NCBI GenBank assembly: GCA_023412695.1 | Contig: JAEYNG010000346.1 | Location: 1 to 30,153, forward strand | From: Planctomycetota bacterium | GTDB taxonomy: Bacteria > Planctomycetota > Phycisphaerae > Phycisphaerales > UBA1924 | Length of the DNA: 30,153 bases | Direction: 5' to 3' | Shown: piece after piece, positions 17,446 to 25,852 of the stretch | How positions within the stretch are numbered: the first letter of the stretch is position 1 | Layout of the letters: every line of letters starts with the position of its first letter | Position numbers and translations under genes: made by a program | Notes under the pieces: generated by a model | Told to the model about the DNA's origin: nothing | Database searches by the model: none | Seen by the model: the letters and a program-made list of their open reading frames with translations, nothing else

Positions 17446-18275
17446 GCCGAATGACCAGCCTCATCCTCGGCCTCCGCCACCGCGCCGACGGCCGCCGCTG
17501 GGTCGGCGCGTGCGTCGCCGCGTTGGCGCTCGTCGCGCTCGCCTGGGCCGCCGTCCACGCGCGTCCGATCTTCACCGCAACGCGCCTGCCGGACCGCCCC
17601 GCCAACGCGGACACCACCGACGAGCAGCGGCTTGCGCAGTTCGCCGAAACCCTCGACCGCCACGAGGCGCAGATCAACGGCCGTTCGCTCTTCTTCATCC
17701 CCCCGCGTCCGCGTCCGCCGCGCCCAGCATATGTCGAGGACACCACGCCGCGCGAACCACCGAAGCCCACACGCTACGGCGGGCCCGCGATCACCGCGAT
17801 GGTCAACGGGCAGGTGTGGTTCAGCGACGGGCAGCGGCTGGCCGTCGGCGAATCCGGTCGAGGCGTCAAAGTCGTCGCCACGACGCCGCCGTGGTCGGCG
17901 CGGGTGCTGTGGGAAGGCGTCGAGTTCGACGTGGATTTCTTCTCGCGCGACTCGCTCGTCCGCCCGGTGAGCCACTCCACCTCCGACATCTCGCCGCTCA
18001 CGCCGACGCCCGCGACATCAGAGCCGGTCGCGCCCCCGCGTCCGCGGCCCGCACAGCCGGCCCCCAGCGAGCCCTCGCCGCATCCCGAGCCGCCCCCGGC
18101 CGAGCCCGAGGACCCGGCGTCGGACCCTGAACCAGAGCCGCAGCAGGAACCAGAGCCGGAGCCCGAACCCGCGCCCGGCGCAGACCCTTCGCACGATCCG
18201 CAGCCATCGCCTGACCCACAGCCATCGCCCGAACCACAGCCCGAGCCTCAGCCTTCGGACCCGGAGTCCCTATGA
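17442..18275 (+). CDS. Single-pass membrane protein preceding the secretin (possible GspC/PilP functional analogue) with Pro/Glu/Gln-rich tail
   Basis: TM (WVGACVAALALVALAWAAV), RSLFFIPP motif, short beta-rich domain (ITAMVNGQVWFSDGQRLAVGE...VKVV...ARVLWEGVEFDV), PEPEP/PQPSP tail; ATGA overlaps on both sides. Confidence 0.55.
   Translation: MSRMTSLILGLRHRADGRRWVGACVAALALVALAWAAVHARPIFTATRLPDRPANADTTDEQRLAQFAETLDRHEAQINGRSLFFIPPRPRPPRPAYVEDTTPREPPKPTRYGGPAITAMVNGQVWFSDGQRLAVGESGRGVKVVATTPPWSARVLWEGVEFDVDFFSRDSLVRPVSHSTSDISPLTPTPATSEPVAPPRPRPAQPAPSEPSPHPEPPPAEPEDPASDPEPEPQQEPEPEPEPAPGADPSHDPQPSPDPQPSPEPQPEPQPSDPESL
18195..18248 (+). repeat. Imperfect 3 x 18-bp repeat encoding DPQPSP-DPQPSP-EPQPEP
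   Basis: gatccgcagccatcgcct / gacccacagccatcgccc / gaaccacagcccgagcct. Confidence 0.75.
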
Positions 18276-20884
18276 CCATGTCGGATCGATTCTCCCCTGT
18301 TCAGCCGCTCATCGGCGCGATGCTCCTGTGCGCCGGCCTCGCCGCCTCGGTCGCGCTCGCGCAGCCGGAGGACGACGACGCCGACCGTGCAGCGGCCGAG
18401 CCGCCCGCAACGCCCGCTGCGTCGTTCGATGAACGCGGCCGCCGCGTCGTCTACGGCGAGCCCACGCCGCTGGGCTTCAAGAGCGAGCGTGTCGAGCGCA
18501 TCCTCCCGTTCATTGTCGAGACCACCGGCAAGGTCGTGCTCCCCCAGCCCGACGTGCTCAGCCGCCCGATCACCGTCGTGAACGACCGGCCGATCCCGCG
18601 CGACCGCGCGCTCGACCTGGTCTTCATGGCGCTGCAGCAGAACGGCATCGCCGTCGTCGAGACGCCCGACCTCATCATGCTCCGCGACATCGGCGAGATC
18701 GACCGGCAGGACGTGCCGGTCATCGGCCCCGACTCGCGTCTCGAGCACCGGACCGACTTCGGCACGATCGTGGACAAGGTCTTCGCGCTCCACTACTCCT
18801 CCGCCGAGACGATCGGCGAGGTCATCAAGGCCAACCTCCCCAGCTTTGCCAAGATCACCGTCGATCCGCTGTCCAACCAGATCGCCGTGATGGCGCACAT
18901 CGGCCTGCTCCAGCAGATCGAGCGCAAGGTCGAGTTCCTCGATCAGCCCTCCGCCGCGTCGCTCCTCACCGAGACCTTCCACCTGCGCTACGCCGACGCC
19001 GAGCAGGTCGCGACGAACATCCGCGACCTGTTCTCCCAGACCGGCAACACCCGCCAAGGCCAGGGACAGAACAACCCGTTCCAGCAGTTCTTCCAGAACC
19101 GGGGCCAGGGCGGGGGCGGCAACCAGGGCGGCCGCGGCGGGAACCAGGGCAACCAGGGCGGCCGCGGCGGGAACCAGAACAGCCAGGACGGGGCGGCCCC
19201 GAGCGCAAACCTCCGCGTCACCGCCAACACCCAGCAGAACTCCGTCACCGTGCTCGCCGAGAAGCAGGTGCTCGAGCAGATCCGCTCGCAGATCAACAGC
19301 TCATGGGACCGGCCAGTTGATGAGAACGTCGCGCCCCGCATCTACGACCTGAAGAACTCCGATCCCATCAAGGTGCGGGACGCGCTCCGCGAGCTCTTCG
19401 GCCAGCCCAGCGGCAACAACTCAAGTTCCAGCGTCGGTCGCCTTGCCGGGCAGTTCACCTTCGAGGCCCTTCCCGAGCAGTCCCGCCTGATCGTGCTCAG
19501 CAAGTCGCCCGACCACTTCGAAACGATCGACCGGCTCATCTCTGACCTCGACCAGCCCCTCACCGCCGGCCTGCCGCGGATCGTCGAGCTCAAGCACGCG
19601 ACCGCCGAGGAGCTCGCCGAGCAGCTCAACACCCTGCTCTCGCAGGAGGGCACGCTCGCCCAGATCCCGCGCCAGGAGACGGGCCTGACCGAGGGCGCGG
19701 CGGGAGCTTCGCCCTTTGCATCTGACCAGGAAGCGACCGCAAACAATCAGCAGAACACCTCCGCCGGCACCATGCAGTTCTGGTGGCAGCGGGCCCGCCC
19801 CCCCACCACCACCGCCGGCTCATCGAACCTCGTCGCAAAGGTCCGCCTTGTGCCGGTCTGGCGTCAGAACGCCCTCATGGTGCTCTCGCCGCCGGAGTAC
19901 TCCCAGGCGATCGTCGATCTCATCACCGAGCTCGACAAGCCGGGCCGCCAGGTCCTGCTGAAGGCCGTCATCGCCGAGATCAGCATCGAGGACGCCACCG
20001 CCCTCGGCCTGCGCTGGTCGAACGCGCCGATTACCCCCGCGCTCGTTGACAACACCGTGTCCCTGGGCGCGAGCACCGCCGGGCAGGATGCCGGCGGCAT
20101 CTTCACAGGCACCAAGAACGACCTGCTGCCCGGCCTGTTCGACACCTCCGTGCTCAACATCGGCGTGGACCTCAACCTGCTCCTGCAGGCCCTGGCGCAG
20201 AAGACCGCTGTCAACATCCTCTCCGAGCCGCGGATCTTCACCTCCGACAATCAGGAGGCCGAGTTCTTCGCCGGACAGGACGTCCCGTTCATCACCGACT
20301 CGCAGACCACCGACAACGGCTCGCTCACCCAGAGCTTCGACTACCGGGCGGTGGGCCTTGCGCTCCGCGTCCGGCCGCGGATCACGCCCAAGCGCGACGT
20401 CGATCTCCGCATCAACCTCGAGCTCTCGAGCCTTCAGCCGAACCAGACGCTCTTCGGCGGCTTCATCGTGGATCGGCGCGAGACGACCACCCACCTGATC
20501 GTCAAGGACGGCCAGACGGTTGTCGTCTCGGGCATCGTGCGGTCGGAGGACTCGGACATCCTCCGCAAGGTCCCACTGCTGGGCGATATCCCGCTCGTCG
20601 GCGCGCTCTTCCGCTCGACGGAGCGGACCAAGGCCACGACCGAGATCGTCGCGTTCATCACGCCCATCGTGATCGAGAACCCCGAGGAGACCGACAACGC
20701 GACGCAGCCGGACCGTGACCGCTTGCGCGAGCTCCGTCACGAACTCGGCAAGGACGCCCCGGAGGGACCCGACCCCGAGTCCACCGTGTCGCCGACCCCG
20801 GCTGATCAACCGACACCCGGCGCGAAAGAGAACCCCAAGCCCGCAAGGCGCCGACCGGTCGAGACGCGCTACGGCTACGAATGA
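18272..20884 (+). CDS. gspD: Type II secretion outer-membrane secretin
   Basis: Signal peptide (..VALA|Q); N-domain repeats (LHYSSAE, LRYADAEQV, LKNSDP, LKHATAEEL); secretin core RQVLLKAVIAEI, ILSEPRIFTSDNQEAEFFAGQDVPF, VGLALRVRPRI, RETTT...VKDGQTVVVSG, KVPLLGDIPLVGALFR, FITP.VI. Confidence 0.95.
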   Translation: MTMSDRFSPVQPLIGAMLLCAGLAASVALAQPEDDDADRAAAEPPATPAASFDERGRRVVYGEPTPLGFKSERVERILPFIVETTGKVVLPQPDVLSRPITVVNDRPIPRDRALDLVFMALQQNGIAVVETPDLIMLRDIGEIDRQDVPVIGPDSRLEHRTDFGTIVDKVFALHYSSAETIGEVIKANLPSFAKITVDPLSNQIAVMAHIGLLQQIERKVEFLDQPSAASLLTETFHLRYADAEQVATNIRDLFSQTGNTRQGQGQNNPFQQFFQNRGQGGGGNQGGRGGNQGNQGGRGGNQNSQDGAAPSANLRVTANTQQNSVTVLAEKQVLEQIRSQINSSWDRPVDENVAPRIYDLKNSDPIKVRDALRELFGQPSGNNSSSSVGRLAGQFTFEALPEQSRLIVLSKSPDHFETIDRLISDLDQPLTAGLPRIVELKHATAEELAEQLNTLLSQEGTLAQIPRQETGLTEGAAGASPFASDQEATANNQQNTSAGTMQFWWQRARPPTTTAGSSNLVAKVRLVPVWRQNALMVLSPPEYSQAIVDLITELDKPGRQVLLKAVIAEISIEDATALGLRWSNAPITPALVDNTVSLGASTAGQDAGGIFTGTKNDLLPGLFDTSVLNIGVDLNLLLQALAQKTAVNILSEPRIFTSDNQEAEFFAGQDVPFITDSQTTDNGSLTQSFDYRAVGLALRVRPRITPKRDVDLRINLELSSLQPNQTLFGGFIVDRRETTTHLIVKDGQTVVVSGIVRSEDSDILRKVPLLGDIPLVGALFRSTERTKATTEIVAFITPIVIENPEETDNATQPDRDRLRELRHELGKDAPEGPDPESTVSPTPADQPTPGAKENPKPARRRPVETRYGYE
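19118..19177 (+). repeat. Perfect 2 x 30-bp tandem duplication within gspD encoding (GNQGGRGGNQ)2
   Basis: GGCAACCAGGGCGGCCGCGGCGGGAACCAG at 19118-19147 and again at 19148-19177. Confidence 0.95.
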
Positions 20885-22221
20885 ACCCCCCGCTCTCCAG
20901 GATCACCGCCACACCCGCCGCCGTGCCCGCTTCAAGGCACGGCGGTTGTCCGCGCGGGTTGACCACACTGCTCCTTCTCGCGGCCTGCGCGTGCGTCGCC
21001 TGCTCCGGCAAGCCCCTCGCGCCCGCCCCAGGGCCGATGTACTCGACCGCCCACGTCCGGGGCGAGCACGAAGCAAAGGAACCCGACCGCTTCTCGCTCG
21101 CGGGCGCTGCCGATCTCCGCTCGCGCACTCGCATCAGTCTTGGCGAGATTGAGTACGATGGGCTCGTGCTCCCCGTGCTCGACCCCGCGGCACGGTTCAT
21201 CGCCACGCAGACCTCACCAGCGCCGACGTGGGAAACGCTCCTCGCGCAGCCCGGCGCACCGCAACCCGCATCGCGCGTGAAGATCCTGACGATCGACCCC
21301 GCCGCCAACCGTTGCGCCGAGCTGCACGCGCTGCCCCGCGGCATCCTGCTGGGCCGCGGCGCGACGGAGCGCGGCGTGCTCGTCGAACAAGCCGCGACGA
21401 CCACCTCCGCGCGACGAATCGGCCTCGCCGATTGGCGCACCGGCGAGATCGAGTGGCTGACCAGCGGCGATGCCGACTGCGCCTTCGCGGCGATCGGAGA
21501 AGACGGCACGCTCGCGTATTGCCGTCGCGGCCGCGGCGAGGACCATTGGTCGCTTGTGCTACGCGATACCCACGGCGCGGAGCATGTCGCCGGGCTGGAT
21601 GACGCCTCGATCGTGTTCCCGCAGGTATGCGTAACGAATCACGGCGTGTGCGTGTTCGCGGTCGTCGTCGCTGAAGCGGCCACCGCGCCGATGCGGCTCG
21701 CGGCATTCATGCTTAGCGCGGGAGAACCCGGCTTGCGTTTCATGAAAGACGCCGTGATCGCACACTCCGGCTCGATGTACGAGGCGTTCCAGGCGGTCGC
21801 GGCGTCCGACCCGCTTGCATGCAAGGCTTCATCTGAGGAGCCGTTGGTGATGGCGTTCGCCGCGATGCACGACGCCGTCGCAGTGTTTTCCCTTGCCGAG
21901 GACCGGCCGCAACTGCTTGTGCGGCCGTGTGTTCCGGGCACGTTCGCCGGCTGCATCGCCACCGGCGAGGCGGGGCGGCCGGGGGTGATCGGCTGCACGA
22001 TGACGGCCTCTGTTTATCAGGACCTTGGAGTCCTTGGGGCGGCTCAATCCTCTTATACAGCGGCGGAAATCTGGCCGCGGGCAGCCATTTTTCGCCGAAC
22101 CCGGTCTTCAGAATGGCCGTACGCGCTCGTCTTTGTTCCGACATCGGCCCAGGAACCGCTTCTTAAGCTCGAATTCATGCAGCCGAGTGCCGGTGGCGGC
22201 GGCCGGCAGTTCGGAAAATGA
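20881..22221 (+). CDS. Putative lipoprotein, possibly a beta-propeller; last gene of the T2SS operon
   Basis: ATGA overlap with gspD; hydrophobic stretch and lipobox-like LLLLAACACVA|CSG (Cys codon at 21001); propeller-like segments PVLDPAARFIA and AAIGEDGTLAYC. True start may lie downstream. Confidence 0.55.
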   Translation: MNPPLSRITATPAAVPASRHGGCPRGLTTLLLLAACACVACSGKPLAPAPGPMYSTAHVRGEHEAKEPDRFSLAGAADLRSRTRISLGEIEYDGLVLPVLDPAARFIATQTSPAPTWETLLAQPGAPQPASRVKILTIDPAANRCAELHALPRGILLGRGATERGVLVEQAATTTSARRIGLADWRTGEIEWLTSGDADCAFAAIGEDGTLAYCRRGRGEDHWSLVLRDTHGAEHVAGLDDASIVFPQVCVTNHGVCVFAVVVAEAATAPMRLAAFMLSAGEPGLRFMKDAVIAHSGSMYEAFQAVAASDPLACKASSEEPLVMAFAAMHDAVAVFSLAEDRPQLLVRPCVPGTFAGCIATGEAGRPGVIGCTMTASVYQDLGVLGAAQSSYTAAEIWPRAAIFRRTRSSEWPYALVFVPTSAQEPLLKLEFMQPSAGGGGRQFGK

Positions 22222-22250
22222 CTGGAGTCTTGTTCCGCATAACCCCTGCT

Positions 22251-22279
22251 TTGACAGGAGTTTGCGTCTCCGGTACGGT
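22251..22279 (+). promoter_or_regulatory. sigma70-type promoter P1
   Basis: TTGACA (22251-22256), 17-nt spacer, TACGGT (22274-22279). Confidence 0.55.
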
Positions 22280-22338
22280 CTATGAGGCCGCTTCAATGTT
22301 CGCGACGCGCAAAGTCCGCGGCGATTTCAACGAGACGG

Positions 22339-22367
22339 TTGACACCCCCCCCACCTTGTTGTATCTT
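22339..22367 (+). promoter_or_regulatory. sigma70-type promoter P2
   Basis: TTGACA (22339-22344), 17-nt spacer, TATCTT (22362-22367). Confidence 0.7.
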
Positions 22368-22428
22368 CTCACCCGTCGTTGTTGTGGCTTCTGTACTGCC
22401 CTCAATCCTAGATCTGAAGGAGATTCCT

Positions 22429-23313
22429 GTGAAGAAGATTGTTCTCTCTGCTCTTGCTGTCGCGGCGTTCGCCGGTGCGGCCAACGCGGATATCAACTTC
22501 CGCATCGTCGCGATCGAAGCTCCGCCGATCCCCTCGGCCGGCTCCCAGGCGGCTGCAGGCCACGCTGCGACGGGCTTGAACACGTTCGGCGCTGACCTGT
22601 TCCTCAATAACCGGAATACGGGCCAGAGCATCGTGACCTCTCAGGCTGGTCTTCGGAATGCCCTCAGCGGCGCGAACGTCAATACCTCCGGCAGCACCTC
22701 GATTGATACGAGCGGTGGCGCTGGCCAGCGTATTATCTTCGTCCTCCAGGCGATGTGGACGGGCGTTGCGGGCGGCGATGGCTTCGCGACGGTCGGTGGC
22801 AACATCTCCACGAACGAGGCCGCTGGCAGCGCGATGATGGCGCGTTACCAGGAGACTGCCCAGAATCAGGAAGGCATCGATTTCGGTGAGGATCCGGTTA
22901 GCTACGTGCACGGGCACTTCCGTCCGTACAACTCTCTCGCCAACCTCGGTGATCCGAACGATCCGAACGCCAACGGCGACGTCTCGGTTCAGGGCGGCGT
23001 CTGGAACGTCGGCAACATCCTCGGCCTGCAGACGGGTGCGAACCCGGCGGGCCTGGCAGCGGGCGTCTGGGACAACGTGTTCGCTTGGGCGTACACGAAC
23101 ACCGACCCCACCGCTCGCACGGTGATGTTCAACTTCGCTGACGTCGCTGGCTACTCCTCCGTGTTCGATGGCACCGCGAACGGTCAGCCGAACGCGGTTG
23201 ACAGCGGCGAGATCGGCACGGCGTCCTTCACGGTGAACATCGTCCCGGCCCCCGGCGCTGCGGCGCTCCTCGGCCTCGGCGGTCTGCTCGCGGCCCGTCG
23301 CCGTCGCGCCTAA
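22429..23313 (+). CDS. PEP-CTERM-type (VPAPG variant) sorted surface protein
   Basis: AAGGAG RBS (22417-22422) before GTG 22429; signal peptide MKKIVLSALAVAAFAGAANA|D; mature part rich in Gly/Asn/Ala with no Lys or Cys; C-terminus VPAPGAAALLGLGGLLAARRRRA (motif, TM, Arg cluster). Confidence 0.88.
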   Translation: MKKIVLSALAVAAFAGAANADINFRIVAIEAPPIPSAGSQAAAGHAATGLNTFGADLFLNNRNTGQSIVTSQAGLRNALSGANVNTSGSTSIDTSGGAGQRIIFVLQAMWTGVAGGDGFATVGGNISTNEAAGSAMMARYQETAQNQEGIDFGEDPVSYVHGHFRPYNSLANLGDPNDPNANGDVSVQGGVWNVGNILGLQTGANPAGLAAGVWDNVFAWAYTNTDPTARTVMFNFADVAGYSSVFDGTANGQPNAVDSGEIGTASFTVNIVPAPGAAALLGLGGLLAARRRRA

Positions 23314-23353
23314 GCCTCTACGCCTCTCTGTTTGAGTGGCAGTTTGAATCTTC

Positions 23354-23393
23354 GCAGGAGCCTCGGGTGTCCCCCGGGGCTCCTGTTGTTTTT
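23354..23393 (+). terminator. Rho-independent terminator
   Basis: Stem GCAGGAGCCTCGGG / CCCGGGGCTCCTGT (14 bp with two G-U pairs), 5-nt loop, followed by TGTTTTT; 40 nt after the PEP-CTERM gene stop. Confidence 0.85.
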
Positions 23394-23478
23394 GCCTCAT
23401 GGCACGGCCGATGTCAGGACGCGACCCGCGCGCGACAACGCATTCCGCAACCACCGAGAAACCTGGAACTGCTCTTTG

Positions 23479-24219
23479 TTACCGGCCCTCGAGCCGCACA
23501 CTGTTCCGCAGGACGCCGAAGCCGGGCCCCCGTGCGCCGTTGATCTCAACCTCGACGACGTCGCCGTGTGAGAGCCACTGCGGCGGGGCCTTGGCCATGC
23601 CCACCCCACCCGGCGTCCCGGTCAAGATAACCGTACCCGGAAGGAGTGTCAGCCCCCGCGACAGCTCGCTGATGAGTGTCGCGACCGGGAAGATCATGTC
23701 GCCGGTCGAAGCGTCCTGCATGACCTTCCCGTTCACACGGGTCGTCAGCCGGAAGGCCTGCGGGTCCGAGACCTCCGCCGCGGGCACGAAGCGCGGCCCG
23801 AGCGGGCAGAACGTGTCGAAGCTCTTGCCCCGCCAGAACTGCCCGCCGGAGCCCTGTTTCTGCCACCAGCGGGCGGAGACATCATTGGCGCAGCAATAGC
23901 CCAGGACGTGCCGCAGGGCTTGGTCCGGCGGCACATCGCGGGCGGGCGTCCCGATCACCACCGCCAGCTCGCCCTCGAAGTCCGTCTGGTCGCCACCCTT
24001 GGCCGGGTCCTGGCAAGCCTTGGGAACGACGATGTCCTCGCCGGAAAGGACCGCCGCGGCCGGGTTCTTGGTGAACACCAGGATGCTCTCGGGCGGGGCG
24101 AGGCCCTGCTCCTTGGCGTGGTCGGCGTAGTTACGACCGATGCCGAGGATGGTGTGGAAGGGGATGACGGCCGCATCGGTACGGACGCCGACGCCGAGAG
24201 CTGTGCGGATGAGGTTCAT
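23479..24219 (-). CDS. Fumarylacetoacetate hydrolase family protein
   Basis: GIGRNYADHAKE, FTKNP, DFEGELAVVIG, GYCCANDVSAR, GKSFDTFCPLGP, TLLPGTVILTGTPGGVG. Confidence 0.93.
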   Translation of the reverse strand: MNLIRTALGVGVRTDAAVIPFHTILGIGRNYADHAKEQGLAPPESILVFTKNPAAAVLSGEDIVVPKACQDPAKGGDQTDFEGELAVVIGTPARDVPPDQALRHVLGYCCANDVSARWWQKQGSGGQFWRGKSFDTFCPLGPRFVPAAEVSDPQAFRLTTRVNGKVMQDASTGDMIFPVATLISELSRGLTLLPGTVILTGTPGGVGMAKAPPQWLSHGDVVEVEINGARGPGFGVLRNSVRLEGR

Positions 24220-24249
24220 GGGCGGGAGTGTATCGCTCGACGAACTTCG

Positions 24250-25767
24250 TCATTCGCCGTCCGACTCCGCCGCTGCCGGCTCCAACTTAGCCTGTGGCTG
24301 GTTGTAGACATAGTCCACGTTTGTCAGCCCGCTACGTCGAAGGATCGGCGTCTCGGGCGGTCGGTCGCCCATCTCGCCATCATTGTCCACGCCGTCGGTG
24401 GTGATTGAGTAAAGCAGGTAGGGCCGCTGATGCCGGTCGGGCGTGCCGAGCAATCGGTAACCGAAGGCGCGGTCAACCACAGGGTCGAGCGGCACGGTTC
24501 CACCGAGAAGGTCGGCGAGTGCATCAAGCGCGGCCGGATATGTCCCGGTGCGTGCGCGGTGCACCTCAATCGCAAGCATCAGCCGGGTCGCCTCGCGGTC
24601 CGCCCGGATGGTGCAGTTCGATTTGATCGCCGTGTATCCCGATGGAATCAGTCTCTCGAGCAACCGGTTACCATTGACCAGCGTGTCAATGTCCGGCCCC
24701 GTTGCTGCTTTGCGTTCTGTTTGCGTCATTGCGGCGTATTCTGCAAGGCCGTCAAAGATCTCGTTTGCTCGAGCCTCGGTCGTACGTCGGTCGGGATGCA
24801 ACAGTCCTGCAAGGTTCATCACCCGCGGCGGCTTGTTCAGACCGACACCGGTGACTCCGAACGCCGCCCCGCCCAAATCCGATGCGGCCGTCGGCAAGAG
24901 ATGCCCGTTCCCGCGTCCGTTATCGCTGAAACACCGCTGAATGGTGTCGAGCACAACATAACGCTCGGCCTCGAACACCGGCGCCACCGGCCAAGGTGAC
25001 TGACGGTCAATCACGCCAAGAAGCTCCTCTGCCGCCTCCGCACTGACTCGACCCGCGAGGATCTGCATGCGAAGCTCTTGTTGCATCAACGCCATTATCG
25101 ACATGCCGACAAGGTGGTCGATGATCGTCGCCTGCCCGGAGAGATGCCGCCCGAGGCCGGTGCCTTGCTCAAACGCGGCGATCATCACGGCATCCTCGCC
25201 TGCCTCCGCGGCGAGTCGCAATCGTGCGGCGCAAAGTCGGGCGATCGAACGGCTAGGACCCAGATCAGGAATACTGGCTTGGACAAGCGGACCGTCGAAC
25301 GGTGGGCGCGCGGCATAAGGAATCGCCGCGAACGCCTCGAGTTCGTCCCATCCGCCCGCAGCGCCGAACGCTTCAAGAAGCTCGCGAGAAACGGATTCGG
25401 CTTGCTGACGGGTGAAGTCCTCGTACTTGAACACCGCCGCCGGGTTCGCCAGGAAGGTCGGGTCGAACGCTTCGGGTGGCAGCGAGGGGTGCCGCGCGGC
25501 CACCTGCGACCGAGCGGCGTTGAACTTCTCGATCGCGGTGTCGATCTGCAACCACCCATCGTTCGCATCCGGCGGCATGGCCTGGCGGGCGCGCACGCTC
25601 TCGTGCATCTTCCTGCCGTAATCGATCGCGATCTTTGGTTCCGCATAGATAACAGAGAGCGCGAACCAGAGCAGCAGCACCGCGAGGAGCGCGACGGCGA
25701 TCAGTGCAATCCTGAGCGGAGTGAAGCGTGAACGACGCGAAACGGATTCTGGACCAACGTGTGCCAT
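24250..25767 (-). CDS. Membrane-anchored hypothetical protein with C-terminal GspG-like domain (paralog 2)
   Basis: GGGAG RBS before ATG 25767; N-terminal TM; C-terminal ATRLMLAIEVHRARTGTYPAALDAL...PLDPV...FGYR...YLLYSITTDGVDNDG; collinear with 25853-27412. Confidence 0.72.
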   Translation of the reverse strand: MAHVGPESVSRRSRFTPLRIALIAVALLAVLLLWFALSVIYAEPKIAIDYGRKMHESVRARQAMPPDANDGWLQIDTAIEKFNAARSQVAARHPSLPPEAFDPTFLANPAAVFKYEDFTRQQAESVSRELLEAFGAAGGWDELEAFAAIPYAARPPFDGPLVQASIPDLGPSRSIARLCAARLRLAAEAGEDAVMIAAFEQGTGLGRHLSGQATIIDHLVGMSIMALMQQELRMQILAGRVSAEAAEELLGVIDRQSPWPVAPVFEAERYVVLDTIQRCFSDNGRGNGHLLPTAASDLGGAAFGVTGVGLNKPPRVMNLAGLLHPDRRTTEARANEIFDGLAEYAAMTQTERKAATGPDIDTLVNGNRLLERLIPSGYTAIKSNCTIRADREATRLMLAIEVHRARTGTYPAALDALADLLGGTVPLDPVVDRAFGYRLLGTPDRHQRPYLLYSITTDGVDNDGEMGDRPPETPILRRSGLTNVDYVYNQPQAKLEPAAAESDGE

Positions 25768-25852
25768 CAAGAACTCCCTGCGGTCACTCCCCCTCGCGAC
25801 CAGCCAGCCACTGCGTTCCAGCATTCACAACTGCGATTGTTGCCGCCTCAGG

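Noticed and set aside
18100..19177. Short tandem repeats considered as a possible CRISPR or other non-coding array
   Set aside because: Unit lengths are multiples of 3, they lie inside ORFs and there are no unique spacers; they are low-complexity protein repeats.
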